Assembly (NCBI GenBank): GCA_963822615.1 | Contig: CAWGIM010000018.1 | Location: 147-64,146, forward strand | From: an uncultured Actinomycetota bacterium | GTDB taxonomy: Bacteria; Actinomycetota; Actinomycetes; Streptosporangiales; Streptosporangiaceae | Reading direction: 5' to 3' | Length of the DNA: 64,000 nt | Shown here: one piece after another, positions 59,894-64,000 of the stretch | Layout of the letters: the number at the start of each line of letters is the position of its first letter | Numbering within the stretch: position 1 is the first letter of the stretch | The notes under the pieces: generated by a model | Databases searched by the model: none | Told to the model about the DNA's origin: nothing | The model's input: only the letters and a program-made list of their open reading frames with translations | Translations under genes and position numbers: made by a program

Positions 59894-60997
59894 TTAGCGT
59901 CGGGCGAGGCGCCGCGGGCTGGTGAGGTAGCCCGCGCCCCAGCAGGTGTGCATGGCGGCGAGCGCGCCCGGCACCCGCAGCCGGACGCCCGCGGGCACGC
60001 CGCGGGCGAACACCGCCGCCACCGCGGTCACCCCGGCCAGGTACAGCGTCGGCACCGCGAACCCGAACATCAGGTACCGAACGGGTGCGGCTGACCCAGT
60101 CAGCGCACCGATGAACCCCGCCAGCCCGATGACGACCCCGGCCGCGTTGAGCGCGGTGGCCGCCGCCGGGGCCAGGTAGCGCGGGCTGACCGTCTCCGGG
60201 TAGCGGCGGGCCACCACCCGGCGCCAGCGGCCGTACCTGAACTGCTGCACGGCGAGGGCGCGCAGGGTGGCCCGCGGCCGGTAGGTGACCTTCAGGTCGG
60301 GGGTGAACCAGATCAGGCCGCCCGCCGCGCGGATCCGGTAGTTCAGCTCCCAGTCCTCGGCGATCAGCATGGTCTCGTCGTAGCCGCCGGCCCGCTCGAT
60401 CTCCGTCCGCCGGTACACGCCGAGGTACACCGTGTCGGCCGGCCCGGCCTCGCCGCCGGTGTGGTTGGCGGCCGCGCCCATGCCGAACGGCGACGTCATC
60501 GCCCAGGCGACCGCCTGCTGGAACGGGGTGATGCCCTCGGCCGCCATCCAGCCGCCGACGTCGGCCGCGCCGGTTTCCAGCAGCGTCCGCACGGCCGTCC
60601 GGAGGTAGCCGTCGGGCAGCATGGAGTGGGCGTCGATGCGGGTGATGATGTCGTACCGGGCCGTCCGCACGGCCGCGTTCATGGCCGAGGAGATCTGGCC
60701 GGACGGGTTCGGCACCACCGTGACGCGGAGGTCGGCCGCGGCCAGCTCGCGGGCGATCGCCTCGGTCCGGTCCCTGGACGGGCCGATCGCCAGGACCAGC
60801 TCGAAACCGCCCGGGTACTCCTGGGCGAGGACGGCGGCGACCGACTCGGCCAGGTGCCTTTCCTCGTTGAGGACCGGCATGACGACGGAAACGGCGGGAA
60901 GCACGGCTGCCTCCCCGGGAGAGTAATCGTTCGCCTGGGGAGCCAGCCGCAACCGTTCGGCTGACTGGTTCTGGTCTTTATGCGCGACGCCGGTCAC
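59894..60997 (-). CDS. Glycosyltransferase family 2
   Basis: 'VSVVMPVLNEE', 'RIDAH' and 'EDWELNYRIR..G..IWF.P.L.V.YRPR', with C-terminal TMs. Confidence 0.88.
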   Translation of the reverse strand: MTGVAHKDQNQSAERLRLAPQANDYSPGEAAVLPAVSVVMPVLNEERHLAESVAAVLAQEYPGGFELVLAIGPSRDRTEAIARELAAADLRVTVVPNPSGQISSAMNAAVRTARYDIITRIDAHSMLPDGYLRTAVRTLLETGAADVGGWMAAEGITPFQQAVAWAMTSPFGMGAAANHTGGEAGPADTVYLGVYRRTEIERAGGYDETMLIAEDWELNYRIRAAGGLIWFTPDLKVTYRPRATLRALAVQQFRYGRWRRVVARRYPETVSPRYLAPAAATALNAAGVVIGLAGFIGALTGSAAPVRYLMFGFAVPTLYLAGVTAVAAVFARGVPAGVRLRVPGALAAMHTCWGAGYLTSPRRLARR

Positions 60998-61036
60998 AGG
61001 GTGCAGTTTATGACCCGGTGACCGGCGTTCGCTTGG

Positions 61037-62341
61037 TTACAGCTGGGTGTCTTCGAGCAGATCGGTTACCAGGGCGGCGATCGCGGAGCGCTCGGACCGG
61101 GTGAGGGTCACGTGGGCGAACAGCGGGTGGCCCTTGAGCTTCTCGATCACCGCGATGACGCCGTCGTGCCGGCCGACCCGCAGGTTGTCGCGCTGCGCGA
61201 TGTCGTGGGTGAGCACCACCCGGGAGCCGGTGCCGATCCGGGAGAGCACGGTGAGCAGCACGCCGCGCTCCAGCGACTGGGCCTCGTCAACGATCACGAA
61301 CGCGTCGTGCAGGCTGCGGCCGCGAATATGCGTGAGCGGCAGCACCTCGATCATGTCCCTGGCGATGATCTCGTCGATCACTTCCTGGGTGGTGACCGCG
61401 GACAGGGTGTCGTAGACGGCCTGGGCCCACGGGCCCATCTTCTCGGCCTCGGAGCCCGGCAGGTAGCCGAGGTCCTGCCCGCCCACCGGGTACAGCGGGC
61501 GGAACACCAGCACCTTGCGGTGCTGCCTGCGCTCCATCACCGCCTCGAGGCCCGCGCACAGCGCCAGGGCCGACTTCCCGGTGCCGGCCCGCCCGCCCAT
61601 GCTGACGATGCCGATCTCGTTGTCGAGCAGCAGGTCGAGCGCGATCCGCTGCTCGGCCGACCGCCCGTGCAGGCCGAACGCCTCGCGGTCGCCCCGCACC
61701 AGCTGGATCTGCTTGTCCGGCCGGACCCGGGCGAGCGCGCTGGCGCTGCCGGTATGCAGAACCAGCCCGGTATGGCAGGGCAGGTCCCGCGCCGCCTCGC
61801 AGTCCAGCACGCCGTGCTCGTACAGTTCCTCAACGTCGGCCGAGGTCACGCTCAGCTCCGCCATCCCGGTCCAGCCGGAATCGACCGGAAGCTCGGCCCG
61901 GTACTCCTGTGCCTCGAGGCCAATCGACGCCGCCTTGATCCGCAGCGGCAGGTCCTTGCTGACCAGGACCACCGAGTGGCCCTCGTTGGCGAAAGACCGC
62001 GCCACGGACAGGATCCGCGTGTCGTTGTCCCCCAGCCGGAAGCCGGCCGGGAGGACCGCCGCGTCGATGTGGTTCAGCTCTACCCGGGCCGTGCCGCCGA
62101 GGTCGTTGACGACGACCTCGGTGTCGAGCTGGCCGTGGGAGACCCGGAGGTCATCGAGGTTCCGGAGCGCCTGACGGGCGAAGTAGCCCAGCTCAGGGTG
62201 GTGACGCTTGGCTTCAAGCTCGGTGATGACGACGACCGGGATGACGACGTGGTGTTCGTCGAACCGGGCGATCGCCGCCGGGTCTGCGAGCAGGACGCTG
62301 GTGTCGAGGACGTACGTACGACGCTGCACAGAGTTGGCCAC
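61037..62341 (-). CDS. phoH: PIN-PhoH family protein
   Basis: PIN '[11 protein letters not shown]...ND.RIL'; PhoH ATPase 'GRAGTGKS', 'HIRGRSL', 'DEAQ' and 'THD..QRD'. Confidence 0.92.
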   Translation of the reverse strand: MANSVQRRTYVLDTSVLLADPAAIARFDEHHVVIPVVVITELEAKRHHPELGYFARQALRNLDDLRVSHGQLDTEVVVNDLGGTARVELNHIDAAVLPAGFRLGDNDTRILSVARSFANEGHSVVLVSKDLPLRIKAASIGLEAQEYRAELPVDSGWTGMAELSVTSADVEELYEHGVLDCEAARDLPCHTGLVLHTGSASALARVRPDKQIQLVRGDREAFGLHGRSAEQRIALDLLLDNEIGIVSMGGRAGTGKSALALCAGLEAVMERRQHRKVLVFRPLYPVGGQDLGYLPGSEAEKMGPWAQAVYDTLSAVTTQEVIDEIIARDMIEVLPLTHIRGRSLHDAFVIVDEAQSLERGVLLTVLSRIGTGSRVVLTHDIAQRDNLRVGRHDGVIAVIEKLKGHPLFAHVTLTRSERSAIAALVTDLLEDTQL

Positions 62342-62586
62342 GCAAAACTCCCCTGGGCACCGGACGTAACCGCCGGCGCCGCGGACAGGACACGCCGCGC
62401 CCCGGGTCCTCCGGGGACAAACGTGTCAGATGGACCGGGGCTGCCCCGCAACGAGGGCCGCGCCGGCCCTCTCGTCGCACGTAGCGAGCTCAGGGGGCCT
62501 CCCGCGGGGGCACCCTGGGGAGGTGCCCGCCATCTCTGAAAGTACCCGCGGTAAGGGCATTTCTAAAGCCCTAATTTTCTGTGTAC

Positions 62587-63348
62587 TTACGCGCCGAACC
62601 TGCGGTTTCGTTCCGCGTAGGACCGCAAGGCCCGCAGAAAGTCAACTTTCCGGAACGCCGGCCAGTAGGCGTCACAGAAATGAAACTCAGAGTGTGTCGA
62701 TTGCCACAGCAGGAAACCGCCCAGCCGCTGCTCGCCGCTGGTCCTGATCACCAGGTCAGGGTCGGGCTGGCCCGCCGTGTAGAGGTGCTCGGCGATGTGC
62801 TCGACGTCGAGCACCTCGGCGAGCTGCTCGATGGTGGTGCCCCGGCTGGCGTGCTCGAACAGCAGCGACCGGACGGCGTCGGCGATCTCGCGCCGCCCGC
62901 CGTAGCCGACGGCCACGTTGACCAGCAGGCCCGGGTTGCCCGCGGTCGCCTCGCCGGCGCACTTGAGTACCCGTGCGGTCTGGTCGGGTAGCAGGTCGAG
63001 CGCGCCCACCGCGTTGACCCGCCAGCCCTCGTCGACCAGGCCGTTAACGGTGTCCTCGATGATCGCGAGCAGCGGGCCGAGCTCGGCTTCCGGGCGGCTG
63101 AGGTTGTCGGTCGACAGCAGCCACAGCGTCACCACCTCGACGCCGGCCTGCTTGCACCAGCCGAGCAGCTCGAAGATCTTGTCGGCGCCCTTGCGGTGGC
63201 CCTTGCTGACGTCGGTGTGCCCCGCGGACCTGGCCCAGCGGCGGTTGCCGTCGCACATCACCCCGACGTGCCGGGGGACGGTCTTGCCCGCCAGGTAGGA
63301 CTCCAGCCGGCGCTCGTACAGCCGGTAGCCCAGGTCGCGGTATCCCAT
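62587..63348 (-). CDS. cis-isoprenyl transferase (UppS family)
   Basis: 'HVGVMCDGNRRWA', 'WLLSTDNL.R', 'YGGR.EI' and 'DPDLVIRTSGEQRL..FLLWQ'. Confidence 0.92.
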   Translation of the reverse strand: MGYRDLGYRLYERRLESYLAGKTVPRHVGVMCDGNRRWARSAGHTDVSKGHRKGADKIFELLGWCKQAGVEVVTLWLLSTDNLSRPEAELGPLLAIIEDTVNGLVDEGWRVNAVGALDLLPDQTARVLKCAGEATAGNPGLLVNVAVGYGGRREIADAVRSLLFEHASRGTTIEQLAEVLDVEHIAEHLYTAGQPDPDLVIRTSGEQRLGGFLLWQSTHSEFHFCDAYWPAFRKVDFLRALRSYAERNRRFGA

Positions 63349-63472
63349 CAACCGACCTTCCTCGCAGCAGAGCGCCAGAAGTTCCAAGGCCACGGTATCC
63401 GACCTGGCTCTGGTGGAACGGCGCTTTACCCGAGAGGCTGGTGAGATGTGCCGATATCAGCCGGGCGGTCCG

Positions 63473-63975
63473 TTAACTGCCCTGCGGCCCCTGCGAGCGT
63501 ACTTCCTCGACCCGGCGCAGCGCGTCGCGCAGCTCGGCCAGCCACGTGTCGGCGTGCTCCCCGGTGAGCCGGACGCACCAGGCCAGCGCGTCCGACCGGG
63601 ACCGGGCGACGCCCGCGTCGACCAGCGTGTCGAGCACCCGCCGCTCGGACTGGCGGAGCCGGGTCATCACCGGCACCGACAGCGTGGTGAAGACCTCGGT
63701 CACGCTGCCGCAGCGGGCGCCCCAGGCGACCTTGCGGCCGAACTTGCGCTCGGCCTCGCCGGCGATGTCGATCCGCCGCGCGCGGGTGTCCTCGCGGAAC
63801 CGCTTGATCCGCCCCTCGGCCATCGCGTCCGGTGGCACTGCGTCCTGCGCCGACTCAGGCGGCGGCAGCGTGCCGACGATGATGATCTCTTCGCGGTCGG
63901 TGGTGACCTCGGCCGGCTCGGTGAACCAGTCGTCGGGCAGCCGCCCGTGGAACCAGGCTTTATCTCTGTACTCAT
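63473..63975 (-). pseudogene. Conserved-looking hypothetical protein with a 1-bp frameshift near the start
   Basis: ATG 63975 reads MSTEIK. The body 'AWFHGRLPDDWFTEP...VPVMTRLRQ.ER.VLDTLV.AGVARSRSDALAWCV.L' is in another frame; one extra A in GAGATAAAGCC joins them. Confidence 0.55.
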
Positions 63976-63990
63976 GTAATCATGATTACA
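63975..63990. promoter_or_regulatory. Perfect 16-bp palindrome TGTAATCATGATTACA abutting the start codon
   Basis: Seen directly at 63975-63990. Confidence 0.55.
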
Positions 63991-64000
63991 CCGTTGCAGC

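Overview
A 64 kb segment of a high-GC actinobacterial chromosome. Most of it is ordinary core and metabolic genes: proS, mycothiol-dependent formaldehyde dehydrogenase, metX-metY, rnhA, ppk2, maf, phoH, a cis-prenyltransferase, cell-wall hydrolases and transpeptidases, a class F sortase with its probable substrate, and glycosyltransferases. Two tRNA genes anchor accessory DNA. (1) tRNA-Thr(GGT) at 7985-8057 (-) has 45 bp of its 3' part duplicated exactly at 2651-2695. The repeat brackets a ~5.3 kb islet with no integrase. The islet holds a frameshifted vsr, an intact low-GC Shedu (DUF4263) nuclease with an N-terminal domain I cannot assign, a C5 DNA methyltransferase, a convergent putative PD-(D/E)xK restriction endonuclease and a truncated DndB-like gene. 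(2) Initiator tRNA-Met at 54432-54508 (-) is followed at its 3' side by a decayed accessory region (~45.6-54.4 kb) with two tyrosine-integrase fragments, two back-to-back relE toxin remnants, other pseudogenes and small cargo genes. Other signals worth checking are a two-state structured leader upstream of a LysM/lytic transglycosylase gene, twin 15-bp palindromes downstream of proS, a GH25-like secreted muramidase, and an N-terminal peptide motif shared by two divergent membrane-protein genes. All family calls come from motif recognition by eye; no database searches were run.
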